From the IMG/VR virus record IMGVR_UViG_3300047462_000282, positions 49,337 to 113,336 of that record: a stretch of 64,000 nt of DNA, one strand, 5' to 3'. Numbering within the stretch: position 1 is the stretch's first letter; every line of letters starts with the position of its first letter. Shown here piece after piece: positions 20,315 through 30,419 of this stretch. The notes below the pieces were generated by a model. That model was not told the origin of the DNA, ran no database searches, and worked only from the letters and a program-made list of their open reading frames with translations. This stretch comes from a virus. The translations under genes were made by a program, and so were the position numbers.

Positions 20315-20964
20315 TGATTAAAAGGGCATATAGCGTTCAAATGACTTATGACGTCTCTGATGCTGAAAAAGCAGAGGCAGATAAGGCTTTGATCTATTTT
20401 AATCATGCACTTAAACTATTGACAATGGCATCAGAACATTTGAATATTATGAAGACTCCTTTCAAAAATAATCCAGATGTTCCATCTGAAGAAATTATGA
20501 AAGCAAGAGCTGCTATCAGAAGATTTAGAGACAAATCTATTGATAATTTCAATGATTTCAAAAAGGTAGCATTTAAGTGTGTTAACATTATGCAAAATTT
20601 TGCTTCTGATACGCAGACTGTTAAATTAATGAAATCATTTATTACATCTATTGATGATTTAGAGATTAAAGTAAATGAATTTGCTGATTTATTTGCTGAT
20701 TTAGAATCAAAAGACTTTGCAAGTAAAGTAGTCACTAATATTGAGGGTATTCAAGCAGAATGTGAAGATATTGAAGAGATTATTGATGAAAGAATTAAGA
20801 AACATATTCAAAACAATATCTTGGCTACAAGTTGGGTAGACTCAGTAAGTAACGAATTGCAGATGAAAATTGAACAAAAGACACCATTGATACTAGATTT
20901 GTTCAATAAAAGACAAGATCAACTAAATGACACGGTAAAAGAGAGGACCACGTTAGGTAACTAA
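20314..20964 (+). CDS. Helical / coiled-coil hypothetical virion protein
   Basis: 216 aa, TAATG overlap, begins MIKRAY. Confidence 0.6.
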   Translation: MIKRAYSVQMTYDVSDAEKAEADKALIYFNHALKLLTMASEHLNIMKTPFKNNPDVPSEEIMKARAAIRRFRDKSIDNFNDFKKVAFKCVNIMQNFASDTQTVKLMKSFITSIDDLEIKVNEFADLFADLESKDFASKVVTNIEGIQAECEDIEEIIDERIKKHIQNNILATSWVDSVSNELQMKIEQKTPLILDLFNKRQDQLNDTVKERTTLGN

Positions 20965-21087
20965 TTTTGGCTATTATAATGGAATAATAGCGTATATGAA
21001 TGAAGTTACTGCCAGAATTCACAAAATTGTGGCAATATTACATTATAATTTGTAGATCTAATTGTGATTCTCCCACTTGGAGACTAA

Positions 21088-21249
21088 ATGTTTATAAAAC
21101 ATGGTGACGGAAAAATAATGTCAGTTCTTGATGAAGAAGAATTGACCGACGCGCAGAAAAAAGCTGCTAAGGATTTGTCTAAACAAGTCGTTAAGCAATC
21201 TGCGGAGAATAATGCTGATACTTCTACAACGAAGCAATCAGGGAGATAA
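21088..21249 (+). CDS. 53-aa small protein missing from the supplied ORF track (MFIKHGDG...)
   Basis: SD GGAG 5 nt upstream; ends 3 nt before the protease gene and shares its N-terminus. Confidence 0.65.
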   Translation: MFIKHGDGKIMSVLDEEELTDAQKKAAKDLSKQVVKQSAENNADTSTTKQSGR

Positions 21250-21252
21250 TGC

Positions 21253-24200
21253 ATGTTTATCAAACAAGGTGAACTCATAGAGATTAACAGGATTGAAAAT
21301 ACAGCATCCTGTATTCCTGCCGTTAATCCAGAAATTCTAGAGAACTTTAGAAAAGTAGCTGCGAATCTAAAAAAGATTGCCCCTAAAGCTGAAGATTTCC
21401 TTTATTTTTCTGCTGTTATGATGCATGCTGCTGAAGCTGCCGCGCTTAATGACGATGGCACTCCTAAGCTAAACGCCAAGGGCGAACACGTTGAAGTGGG
21501 CTGGAATAAGCAGGATGGCTCATGGCGCTGGATGAGTAATGATCCAAGCATTAAGCCTTATAAGAATTCTAATGGCGACATATTCCCCGAGGAAGAACTC
21601 GTAAAAGCATATAAGAAGTGGGTAGGCAAGCCTCTTTGCATCGATCATAAATCCAGCTCGGTAGATCATGTAAGAGGCTTTATTGTTGATACCTACTACG
21701 ATCGCGGGCTCAAGAGGGTTATCGCGCTATGTGCATTAGATAAACATAATTACCCAGATTTGGCTCGTAAGGTTGCCACTGGATATTCTAACTGTGTTTC
21801 TATGGGTACTGCTGTCGGACGCGCTATTTGCTCTGATTGTGGACGTGTTGCCCGTGCCGAACAAGACTTCTGCACCCATATGAAGACCAAGAGCTGCTAC
21901 GGCGAAATTAACGTAGACTTAAATCCAATTGAACTATCCATTGTTGTTAATGGTGCCGATCCAAAAGCTAGCATCAAACACATCATTGCAGCCGCTAACA
22001 CTCTTAATAGCTATGTTGAAACAAAGCAAAAAGAGCTAGAAAAATTGGCTGAAGATACTTATGTAGCCAATCTCTCTTTTGAAAATAAGGGTGGCGACGG
22101 GTTTTCTAAAGATCCAGGAAAAGTAACCAATGTAAGCGTTACTGCTAAAGATCTTGAAAGCTTTAAAAAGGATGTTGATAAGGCAATCGAGGACTTCCAA
22201 AAACTTCAATCTTCTATTTCAAATGAAGAAAATATGGAAGAACCTGGTAATCAACTGGCATCTGATCAAATGACCGGTCCTGGTTTAACTGGACCTGCAG
22301 CCGATTCAGGATTGGCTCCTCCAACTGCAAGATATGCCTCTGCCAATGTTGGAGCAGATACTATCGCCGAGCTTCGCGAGGTCACCAAGACCATTGAAGC
22401 TAAATTGAGCCAAATGAAACAAACCTTGGATAAGTTAGCAAACACTTCTACAAAACAAACACAAGAGGAAACTATGTCTGGAACACAAGATCTAAATAAA
22501 AAGGGTTACTACCAGGGTGCTGGCGGCGTTAACGAGCCTACTCCAGGTCAACCAAAATATACTAAGGACCCACTAAATGAAGAGCTTCGCGAAAAAGAAG
22601 ACAAGCAAATGGTTGGTCAATCTCCGTTCCCAGGCGTAGGTCCTGTTGATGGAATGCATCCAAGCCCAGAGTCTGCTGACCCTGCAAACGAGTTAGAGCG
22701 TAAAAAGATGCTTGCTCGCGCAGAAGCAGAAGAGAGAGCAATTCGCCGTCAAGCAATTGTTAACTTAGCTAAGGGTGCTTTAGAAAACAAGCAAGCTTAT
22801 TTCCAGAATGGTTTGGAAAAGGGTAATGTTAACACCCCAACTCCTGGTCAAGTTAAGTATCCAAAAGACAAGCTTAACGAACAACTTCGTGATTACGAAG
22901 ACAAGCAAATGGTCGGACAAAAGCCATTCCCAGGCGTCGGACCAGTTGATGGAATGCATCCATCTCCAGCTTCCGCAGAAACTCCTGACGAAAAGAAGCG
23001 TAAGGAAATGCTACAAAGAGCATCCTTGAGAGCAAGATTCGTCAAGGCAGCAAACGAAGACGGAACTCAGAACCTAGCTAAGAGCGCATGGGAAGTATTC
23101 CTAGGCGACAAGCTTCTTCTTACCGCATCTGTTGACGAGCTTTCTGGTGGACGTACTGAACTAATGTACGACCACATTGCAACCAAGGAATTTGGTAGCA
23201 CTTTGATTGCTAAGGTCAAGAAGGAAGGCGCTGAGAAAGTTGCCAAACTATACAAGACCGCACAAGCTGAGCCTGCTGCTCCAGCACCAGAGGCTGGTCC
23301 ATCTGGTGAGCCTATGCCCCAAGCAGAAGACACTGGCAAGTCTGGTGATCCAAAGGAAAACGTACTAAGTCTAGCTGAAAAAGTTAGAGACCTATCTTCT
23401 GACCTAGTTGAAGGCGTTAGAGCCTTGACTGGTGAGCAAGCAGAAATGGGCGCAATGGAAGGTGGAGAAATTCCAGAAATGGGCGCAACCACAGCTTCTG
23501 ATAGCTTTAGCACTGCCACTCTAAACACTCTAAGAAAGCAATTGAACGGAGCCCTTACAGACGCTATGAAGGAAGCCGTTGCAGAGCTTAACGATCATCA
23601 ATCTGAACTTGAAATGATCGCAGGTCTTTACGATAAAGGCGCTGTCAGCCCGTCCAATACGGAATTAGTTGGCACCCTCGTACAAGATGCAATGAACGAA
23701 GCCAAGACCGCTGTTGCTGACGGATTCCAGCTTATGACTGCTTTCGTCAAGTATGCTCGTGGTACCCAGGCTATCGTCAAGCGCGCCGAAATGGAAGCAG
23801 AACTTGAAGCACTAGCTGAGGGAGAAACTATGACAACCGAACACGATAGTCATTCGGATGATGACTTGATGAATCTAGTCCAAGAGACCAATGCTGACTT
23901 GGATGCAGTTAAGGATTTGATGAGCGACGAGCACTCTGTTGATGCAGACCCTGCTCTTGATTTGGATGCTGCATTGCCAACCGACGATGCTAACGAAGTA
24001 AACGTTGACATTAAGGATCCAAAGGCTCTAGACATGCTACCAAAGGGAACTGCAGTTGTTACTGCCTCCTACGATAGCAAAGAAGGTCGTGCCGCTCTTC
24101 GTGCTAAGCTAGCAGCTGATGCTCTTGGCAAAGAAGACGATGGCGAAATTCAAGATATGTCCAAGGCTAAGTTCAGCGATATGTTGCAAGAAGCAGATCG

Positions 24201-24831
24201 CCTTGCTGATGGTCAGACCCAGCTTGACACCAAGCCATCTGACAGCCTAGGAAAAGTTGAAACTCTTCCAGAAATCAACAAGCAAATGATGGACGTCGCT
24301 AAAGCTCCACCTAAGGTACGTAAGGAAGCAGAAGCCATTTACAAGCTTGTCTCTGAAGGCAAGCTAGATCCTAAGGACCTAGATGCTCTAGTAGCAGAAG
24401 GTTTGGATAAGGATGCAGTTGCTTACTACAAGAAGTACTTCGGTGAAGTTGATGGTGGTGGCGAATTCGCAACCGAATTGGTCAAGGAACACGTCAAGGC
24501 TCAATTGGAAGCAGAGCTTGGCAAGTACAGAGTCAAGTTGGCACGTTCTTACGAGCTAGCATATGACATGGTTGAACGTGGTTTGTGCCACAGTGATAGA
24601 GCCGCAGTCTCTTCTCAGGTCGATGAAATCATGAAGTTTAATGATGATAGCTTCGAGTCCTTGAAGAGAGTAGTTGCAAAGCATGCTCCAGTGCTACGCA
24701 AGGAAGCTGGTCGCCTACCACTAGTTGGTATGCTAGGTTCTGGTGAAGTTAATGGCGCTGCTCCAACTGAGTCTGATGATTGGAATCAATTGTCCGCAGC
24801 ATTTGCTAAGACCTCTAAGAGACTGTTCTAA
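21253..24831 (+). CDS. Prohead protease fused to a scaffold / internal core protein
   Basis: N-terminal DIFPEEEL..GKPLCIDH..RGFIVD..VSMG..ELSIVVNGADPKA fits the HK97/assemblin-type protease (His and Ser); long acidic coiled-coil C-terminus; lies upstream of the capsid genes. Confidence 0.75.
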   Translation: MFIKQGELIEINRIENTASCIPAVNPEILENFRKVAANLKKIAPKAEDFLYFSAVMMHAAEAAALNDDGTPKLNAKGEHVEVGWNKQDGSWRWMSNDPSIKPYKNSNGDIFPEEELVKAYKKWVGKPLCIDHKSSSVDHVRGFIVDTYYDRGLKRVIALCALDKHNYPDLARKVATGYSNCVSMGTAVGRAICSDCGRVARAEQDFCTHMKTKSCYGEINVDLNPIELSIVVNGADPKASIKHIIAAANTLNSYVETKQKELEKLAEDTYVANLSFENKGGDGFSKDPGKVTNVSVTAKDLESFKKDVDKAIEDFQKLQSSISNEENMEEPGNQLASDQMTGPGLTGPAADSGLAPPTARYASANVGADTIAELREVTKTIEAKLSQMKQTLDKLANTSTKQTQEETMSGTQDLNKKGYYQGAGGVNEPTPGQPKYTKDPLNEELREKEDKQMVGQSPFPGVGPVDGMHPSPESADPANELERKKMLARAEAEERAIRRQAIVNLAKGALENKQAYFQNGLEKGNVNTPTPGQVKYPKDKLNEQLRDYEDKQMVGQKPFPGVGPVDGMHPSPASAETPDEKKRKEMLQRASLRARFVKAANEDGTQNLAKSAWEVFLGDKLLLTASVDELSGGRTELMYDHIATKEFGSTLIAKVKKEGAEKVAKLYKTAQAEPAAPAPEAGPSGEPMPQAEDTGKSGDPKENVLSLAEKVRDLSSDLVEGVRALTGEQAEMGAMEGGEIPEMGATTASDSFSTATLNTLRKQLNGALTDAMKEAVAELNDHQSELEMIAGLYDKGAVSPSNTELVGTLVQDAMNEAKTAVADGFQLMTAFVKYARGTQAIVKRAEMEAELEALAEGETMTTEHDSHSDDDLMNLVQETNADLDAVKDLMSDEHSVDADPALDLDAALPTDDANEVNVDIKDPKALDMLPKGTAVVTASYDSKEGRAALRAKLAADALGKEDDGEIQDMSKAKFSDMLQEADRLADGQTQLDTKPSDSLGKVETLPEINKQMMDVAKAPPKVRKEAEAIYKLVSEGKLDPKDLDALVAEGLDKDAVAYYKKYFGEVDGGGEFATELVKEHVKAQLEAELGKYRVKLARSYELAYDMVERGLCHSDRAAVSSQVDEIMKFNDDSFESLKRVVAKHAPVLRKEAGRLPLVGMLGSGEVNGAAPTESDDWNQLSAAFAKTSKRLF
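22498..23030 (+). repeat. Tandem duplication of an ~80-aa unit inside the scaffold protein
   Basis: Units start at 22498 and 22789; both contain EDKQMVGQxPFPGVGPVDGMHPSP with clear nucleotide similarity. Confidence 0.9.
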
Positions 24832-24855
24832 GCAACTAAAAATAAGGATACTATA

Positions 24856-25677
24856 ATGACTAACAAAAGTGTATCAGATTTCGTAGCTGCAACAATGGAT
24901 GCAGTTCTTAAGAGTGAAGCTCACAAGTCTTTGTTTGGCGAACAATACAAGACTGCTTCTGCTAAGTGCTCAAAGTGCAGCAAAGAAAGCTGTTCCTGCG
25001 ACTCTTCAATGGCAGATGACGACAACGATGCTCGTGGTGGCAAGAAGTGCGACGAGTGCGGCAAACCAAAGAACTTCTGCAAATGTGACAGTGGTTCAGC
25101 AGATGCTAACGATGCACGTAAGAAGAAGGAAGAATCCTCTTCTGGTGACAGCAGTTCAGCTTCTGACATGAACGATGCTCGCAAGAAGAAGGAAGAGTCC
25201 TCTTCTGACAGCAGTTCTGCTGACGACGATAACGATGCCCGTAAGGCAAAGTCCTCCTCTGACAGCGACTCTAGCAGCGCAGACGACAACGATGCCCGCA
25301 AGGCAAAGAAAGATTCCTCTTCCGACAGCTCTGACAGCAGCTCCGCAGACGATGAAGTAGTAGTTGATGCAGCATTTGATCTTGCTATCGACAGCCTACT
25401 TACCGCCTCCGCCGCTCTTGACAAAGTTGGAATGGAAAAGTCCTCTAGCTTCAGCCTAAAACTTGCCTCTCTAGTTGTAGAAGCCAAGAAGAAGGAAAAA
25501 GAAACTAAGAAGAGCAAGAAAGACTCTAAGAGCGATTCTCAATCTGCTAAGGACAAGGCTTCCAAGGAAAAAGAAAAGGCAGCTAAGGAAAAAGCTAAGG
25601 AAAAGGCAGCCAAGGAAAAAGAGAAAGAAAAAGCTGCTAAGGAAAAAGCCAAAGCTAAGTCTTCTTCAAAGAAATAA
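24856..25677 (+). CDS. Low-complexity Ser/Asp/Lys-rich protein with two Cys clusters and a KEKAA-repeat tail
   Basis: CSKCSKESCSC, CDECGKPKNFCKC, five D-x-NDAR units, Lys-rich C-terminus. Confidence 0.7.
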   Translation: MTNKSVSDFVAATMDAVLKSEAHKSLFGEQYKTASAKCSKCSKESCSCDSSMADDDNDARGGKKCDECGKPKNFCKCDSGSADANDARKKKEESSSGDSSSASDMNDARKKKEESSSDSSSADDDNDARKAKSSSDSDSSSADDNDARKAKKDSSSDSSDSSSADDEVVVDAAFDLAIDSLLTASAALDKVGMEKSSSFSLKLASLVVEAKKKEKETKKSKKDSKSDSQSAKDKASKEKEKAAKEKAKEKAAKEKEKEKAAKEKAKAKSSSKK

Positions 25678-25693
25678 TTCAAAGTAGGATACA

Positions 25694-25939
25694 ATGTTCA
25701 AAACCGCTAGCTTTGAAGACGAGATCTATCGTTCTATGGAAAATAAACTTGTAGAAGCACAAGTTGAAAACAAGCATGGATTCAATAAGCTAGCACAAGC
25801 AGTTAATTGTTTAAATGCTGCTGCTGAGATCTTTGAACAAGCTGGTATGCCAGCAGAAGCCGCAGAAATTACCGAAGTCTTGCAAGGATTGGCTAAAGAC
25901 CTATCCGGCAAGACTTCTTCTGTTTCAGGATCCAAATGA
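25694..25939 (+). CDS. Small probable internal head protein
   Basis: Begins MFKTASFEDE; SD AGGA. Confidence 0.65.
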   Translation: MFKTASFEDEIYRSMENKLVEAQVENKHGFNKLAQAVNCLNAAAEIFEQAGMPAEAAEITEVLQGLAKDLSGKTSSVSGSK

Positions 25940-26487
25940 TTAAGAAAAGTGTATTTGAAGATGAATTAATTGCTGGAATGCAGCGTGAACTAAAAACTCA
26001 TGCAGAGAAACAAGGTATGGAAAATCTTGTTAAGGCAGCAGATTATCTTCATTCCGCTATGGATATCCTAGATGAAGCAGGATTAACTGCCCATTCTGAT
26101 CGTATTCTTAAACTTTTAGCTAAAATTGCTCGTGATGGTATTGAGCCAGGTGACGTAATTGAATTTAAAAGTTTGTTAGAAGAGCCAAAGGAGTCCAAGG
26201 AGCTTCCTAAGGAGGAAATCTCGTTTAAGAGCCTATTGGACGGCGACGAGGACGATGCTAGGGGAAAGCCTCCACATCCAAAGAACCCTACCAAGATTCA
26301 TGATCCTCATACCCATGGATTAACGCCTGAAAAACAGGTTAAAAATCTTTTGGAACATGGAACTCCATTCAATATGGCAGATGATGGCAAAGCTGATGAT
26401 TTGCTGGATGTTGATATTGATGATGAAGCAATTGAGATTGTTGAACATCCATTAGGTCAATCTGATTTTGAGGATGAAAAAGATTAA
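25936..26487 (+). CDS. Probable internal head protein, paralog of 25694..25939
   Basis: Begins MIKKSVFEDE; shares the helical module. Confidence 0.65.
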   Translation: MIKKSVFEDELIAGMQRELKTHAEKQGMENLVKAADYLHSAMDILDEAGLTAHSDRILKLLAKIARDGIEPGDVIEFKSLLEEPKESKELPKEEISFKSLLDGDEDDARGKPPHPKNPTKIHDPHTHGLTPEKQVKNLLEHGTPFNMADDGKADDLLDVDIDDEAIEIVEHPLGQSDFEDEKD

Positions 26488-26618
26488 TAATTAGTTGTGC
26501 GTGCTTTAGCTATAGTTTTCGCAATCTTCTCCATAAATAGATATATAATATCAGTGAGACGGTAATAGTGGCTAAGGATATTCATGAAAACAGATTCTAA
26601 CAAGCAAGGGTGGCAATA

Positions 26619-27308
26619 ATGTTGCGCTTAGTACAAGTGGGCAATACGCTCCCCGCCAGTTTTATTTGTGACCCGTCTACCGAATTTCAACCAGGAATGA
26701 TTGCCGAACTAACTGTTATTGGTAATCAAGTAATGGCAACTGTTAGCAATGGTACCGCTCCCCTTGGTATCATTGATGATATCAAAACCAGGGCTTTTAC
26801 TAACGTTTCTTGGAACGAAGTTGTTATTGTTCCTGCTATTGGTGTTCCTGGACCTGGTGGTCAGTTAGTGACCCCTATTGACATTAAAGCAGAATTAAGA
26901 AAGCCTAATATAGTATCTAGTAGTTTTAATTCTACTATTGATGTAGTGCTTAACCCTAACAATGGTGTTATCACCTTCTTAGCGGGTACGCTATTGAATT
27001 TTGATTTAACTGGTACTGGTCAGCCAAATGCTATCAGAACCATAGTTAACTATACCTATCAAGTGGCTAATATTCCGGGTGATGATAGCACCCAGGGTTC
27101 TGGCAGAATGACAGTTTGGTTTAATAGAATGTTTTTCCAAACTGATCAATATGAAACTAATCAGCAATATCCAGTTCGTGCTAATTTGTATGTTAGCGAA
27201 AATGGATTTTTGACTACTAGACGCCCAAGTTCTATTCATCCAGCTGTTGCTATGGTGACGGCACCACCAACTCCAATGAACCCAATGTTGGAAGTTTTGT
27301 GGTTCTGA
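26619..27308 (+). CDS. Capsid decoration/cement-like protein, paralog of 34441..35151
   Basis: Beta-rich, Gly/Pro-rich; aligns by eye with 34441..35151 (GSGRMTVW vs GSGKVTCW); start at ATG 26619. Confidence 0.5.
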   Translation: MLRLVQVGNTLPASFICDPSTEFQPGMIAELTVIGNQVMATVSNGTAPLGIIDDIKTRAFTNVSWNEVVIVPAIGVPGPGGQLVTPIDIKAELRKPNIVSSSFNSTIDVVLNPNNGVITFLAGTLLNFDLTGTGQPNAIRTIVNYTYQVANIPGDDSTQGSGRMTVWFNRMFFQTDQYETNQQYPVRANLYVSENGFLTTRRPSSIHPAVAMVTAPPTPMNPMLEVLWF

Positions 27309-27377
27309 ACCCGATGATTGAAGTGCTCTGGTTGGTCAAAAGGAAACGAGCTGATATGTAGTGTTTTGGAGTCAAGT

Positions 27378-28151
27378 ATGCTGACAAACGAACAAAACAC
27401 TACAATTCACTATCTTTATCGTATTACTAATAAAATTAATGGAAAAATTTATATCGGGCAAACGGTGGAGCCAGATAAACGATGGTATCGACATAAATAT
27501 ATGGCTACACAAGATCAGCCTTCTATGGTAATTTCGCGTGCCATTAAAAAATATGGTAGTGATACTTTTGATTTTGAAATTATAGCAGCATGTACATCAT
27601 GGGAAGATGTTAATGATACAGAAACTGTATTAGTTTCTCAATATGATTGTTTAGTTCCTAAGGGCTATAATGTTGCTCTTGGAGGATTTAATGCACCTAA
27701 ATCGGAAGCCTGGTTGAAAGCTATGCGAGATTGGCACGCCTCACTTTCTGTAGAGAAAAGGGCTGAAATTAGTAAAAAACAATCAGAAGCCACTCAACAA
27801 CAAATCTTTGAAAAGGGTCATCCTGCCCAGGGTCGCATCGTAACAGAAGAAGAAAAAGAATTGCATCGTAAAGCACGTCTTGAGAACCCTATCGAATATA
27901 CTGAAGAGTTAAGACAAAAAATGTCCGAATCTCATATCGGCATCAAAGACACAGAAGATACCAAACAAAAGAAATCAGAAAGCGCCAAGGAAGCATGGGA
28001 TAAACGAATTGATTATTCTCGCAAGTGCTCCGTTGATGGTTGCGACGTATCTGGTAAGGCAAAGTATAAGATTATCGATGGCATCAGATATTGCAACAAG
28101 CATGGTTTGCGTATGTTGAGGTATGGGCGATTGAATGCGCTAACTGAGTAA
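27378..28151 (+). CDS. GIY-YIG homing endonuclease with NUMOD3-like repeats
   Basis: YLYRITNKINGKIYIGQT, E in DTETVLV, GYN, repeats TEELRQKMSESH and TEDTKQKKSES. Confidence 0.85.
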   Translation: MLTNEQNTTIHYLYRITNKINGKIYIGQTVEPDKRWYRHKYMATQDQPSMVISRAIKKYGSDTFDFEIIAACTSWEDVNDTETVLVSQYDCLVPKGYNVALGGFNAPKSEAWLKAMRDWHASLSVEKRAEISKKQSEATQQQIFEKGHPAQGRIVTEEEKELHRKARLENPIEYTEELRQKMSESHIGIKDTEDTKQKKSESAKEAWDKRIDYSRKCSVDGCDVSGKAKYKIIDGIRYCNKHGLRMLRYGRLNALTE

Positions 28152-28255
28152 AACAGCTGCATATTCTTTTATTTAGTTGAGGGTTGATTAATAAATCAAC
28201 CGGAAGCTTTCTATATTCTGGCATAATGTAGAATAATGCGATCATTGAGGCAACC

Positions 28256-29410
28256 ATGAGTTTTAAACATACCAATTTTGAAGATTCTGTCACTATGCGT
28301 TCTTTAGAGAAGCTCGCTAGAGACAAGGGATTGGTCAAGGACCAGCCTATGACTAAAGTAGCAGCTGCCTCTGAATTGGATCTATCTCCTTCTGAGAGCT
28401 TAACTGAAAATGTACTCAAGCTATGTTCTGGTTTGAGACACGCCGGTTTTGATAAGTATGCTACTGAGCTAGAAGGAAAACTACTTGCATACAAACAGGT
28501 ACAAACTCTTTATGAAGTAAATAAAGAAACTGGTGATGACTTGGTGCATGCCGCACATCCCAAGGGAAGCCACAAACTAGAAGACGTTGATAGTAGCGAA
28601 GCCGTCTTTGAAGATATCTTAGATCAGCACTTGAAGCATGTCACAATGGTAGAGAAGGATCCAACTGGTAAACTATCTTCTGCTTCCGAAGTGCTTTCGG
28701 CTGTCAAGAATGTTTTTGCACAATCAGCATCACTTGCCGAAGTCAATCGCTTAGCTAATGGTATTGTGAATCAAGTAAATGCAATTGCTAAGGCATCTAA
28801 TCCTGAGCTTACTTTTTCTATTAACAATTGGGTCAACAGCATCTCAAGCCTTGCAGGAGATCCTACCGTTTACAATATCAATGAAATTAAAAAGCAACTA
28901 AAGATATTATATGAGAGATTGGATCCATCTATTTTAAGTGGTGGAACTTATGGATTGGGAGGACTTTCTGATTATACTTGGAGTAGAGTTCAGGGCGCTT
29001 TCCGTCAAGCAAACACTTTGGCAGATCAAGCCATTGCTAAACGCAGAGATGTTGATGCTGGTACTCCGGTGGAAAATGACACTGGTACTGAGCAGGATAA
29101 ACCTTCTGTCACTCAGCAAATGAAAGAGTATACTCCAGAAGCTTCTCCTCTATCAAGTCTTTATAAGAGAATTGGAACTCTAAGACAAAAATTACAGTCA
29201 GCAGGATTGATAGGATCGGTTGCTCGTAATTCGTCCGCAATGGCTTGGATTAAAGAAGAGTCAGCTAGTTTAACTGATCTTGCCAATAGAATGGGTAAGG
29301 TTCCAGAAACTCAAGAAGCTCAGATGGCAACTATCTTGGAAAAAGAGTTGGCTACTTATGAACAAGAGGTTGAGCAGTTTTACAATCAATGGGTTCAGAC
29401 AAAGGCATAA
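28256..29410 (+). CDS. Probable internal virion protein
   Basis: Begins MSFKHTNFEDS; carries the shared helical module. Confidence 0.6.
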   Translation: MSFKHTNFEDSVTMRSLEKLARDKGLVKDQPMTKVAAASELDLSPSESLTENVLKLCSGLRHAGFDKYATELEGKLLAYKQVQTLYEVNKETGDDLVHAAHPKGSHKLEDVDSSEAVFEDILDQHLKHVTMVEKDPTGKLSSASEVLSAVKNVFAQSASLAEVNRLANGIVNQVNAIAKASNPELTFSINNWVNSISSLAGDPTVYNINEIKKQLKILYERLDPSILSGGTYGLGGLSDYTWSRVQGAFRQANTLADQAIAKRRDVDAGTPVENDTGTEQDKPSVTQQMKEYTPEASPLSSLYKRIGTLRQKLQSAGLIGSVARNSSAMAWIKEESASLTDLANRMGKVPETQEAQMATILEKELATYEQEVEQFYNQWVQTKA

Positions 29411-29412
29411 AT

Positions 29413-30411
29413 ATGACTTCGCCTAAAAAAGACTTTAAAAAAATAGTGCAGGAGATTCAGAAGATTGCTGCTCCTCCACCTCCACCACCAACTGGTTACA
29501 GCGCAACTTCCTATCATCCAGGAACTACTGCACCTGCTGGTCATGCTGGTGGTGGTGTCGTTGGTGATCCTACTGTTAAAGCCATGCAACAGGAACTCAT
29601 TAATTTGGGTCAAGCGGTTACTCAGCAAATTCATTTAGAAGGTCTTACTGGTGATAAAAGACAACAACAGGAAGCTGTTGGCAGAGATTCGTTCGGAGAT
29701 TTCATTACCAAGAACTATCTTAGAAACTCTGATGTACCAGGAGTTGAGTTCAATCCAGATCCTACTAAGCAAAATTTGAATCAAAAGAAGCCATCCGATC
29801 CAACTCGTCTAAGTGTAGTTATGGACACTATGAAGAGAATTGGTAACCCTAAGGGCGGCGAACTTACCGCTGATGGATCGTGGGGTCCTCGTACGAACGC
29901 AGCTCTTCACAATGCTTATGCATTTGCATTTGCTATGTTGAATCTAGCAAGAGATTTTAACTTGCCAGTGAAGTCATATACAGAGTCCAATCTTGAAGGT
30001 CTTAAGAATGAAGTTCCAGAAGATGCTAACGACATTAATGCTGCAGAAAAAGCTGAACTAGCTCCCCGCATCGCTAAGCACTTAAGAGCAATTCAGAGAA
30101 TGTACAAAGAAATCAAAGATGGCATTTTGGAAAAGCCTGCCTACAGAGCTTTTATTGAATCTGATAAGCCATTTGTTACTTACAAAAAGCAAGCCCCTAA
30201 GTTGACTGAAGCTCAGCTTGCTGGATTGTCACAAGCCTTTGCCAACGGTTTTCAGGTAAGATCCAAAGATAAGGCAGCTGTTATCAACGTCAAAGATCTT
30301 GTTAGTATGGATGCTTTGAAAAAATGGCAGCAACAAAATTTGCCAGAGCTACCTCTTCAAATGATTATCGCCCAGCTTAGACAACAAGTTCATCCCGCAG
30401 CAAACCAATAA
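29413..30411 (+). CDS. Virion protein with split peptidoglycan-binding-like motif
   Basis: VKAMQQELINLG and ADGSWGPRTNAAL match the two halves of PG_binding_1, separated by an insertion; start at ATG 29413. Confidence 0.55.
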   Translation: MTSPKKDFKKIVQEIQKIAAPPPPPPTGYSATSYHPGTTAPAGHAGGGVVGDPTVKAMQQELINLGQAVTQQIHLEGLTGDKRQQQEAVGRDSFGDFITKNYLRNSDVPGVEFNPDPTKQNLNQKKPSDPTRLSVVMDTMKRIGNPKGGELTADGSWGPRTNAALHNAYAFAFAMLNLARDFNLPVKSYTESNLEGLKNEVPEDANDINAAEKAELAPRIAKHLRAIQRMYKEIKDGILEKPAYRAFIESDKPFVTYKKQAPKLTEAQLAGLSQAFANGFQVRSKDKAAVINVKDLVSMDALKKWQQQNLPELPLQMIIAQLRQQVHPAANQ

Positions 30412-30419
30412 GGAATACG

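Noticed and set aside
26584-26619. 11-codon upstream ORF (MKTDSNKQGWQ) overlapping the 26619 start
   Set aside because: Too short to distinguish from chance without conservation data.
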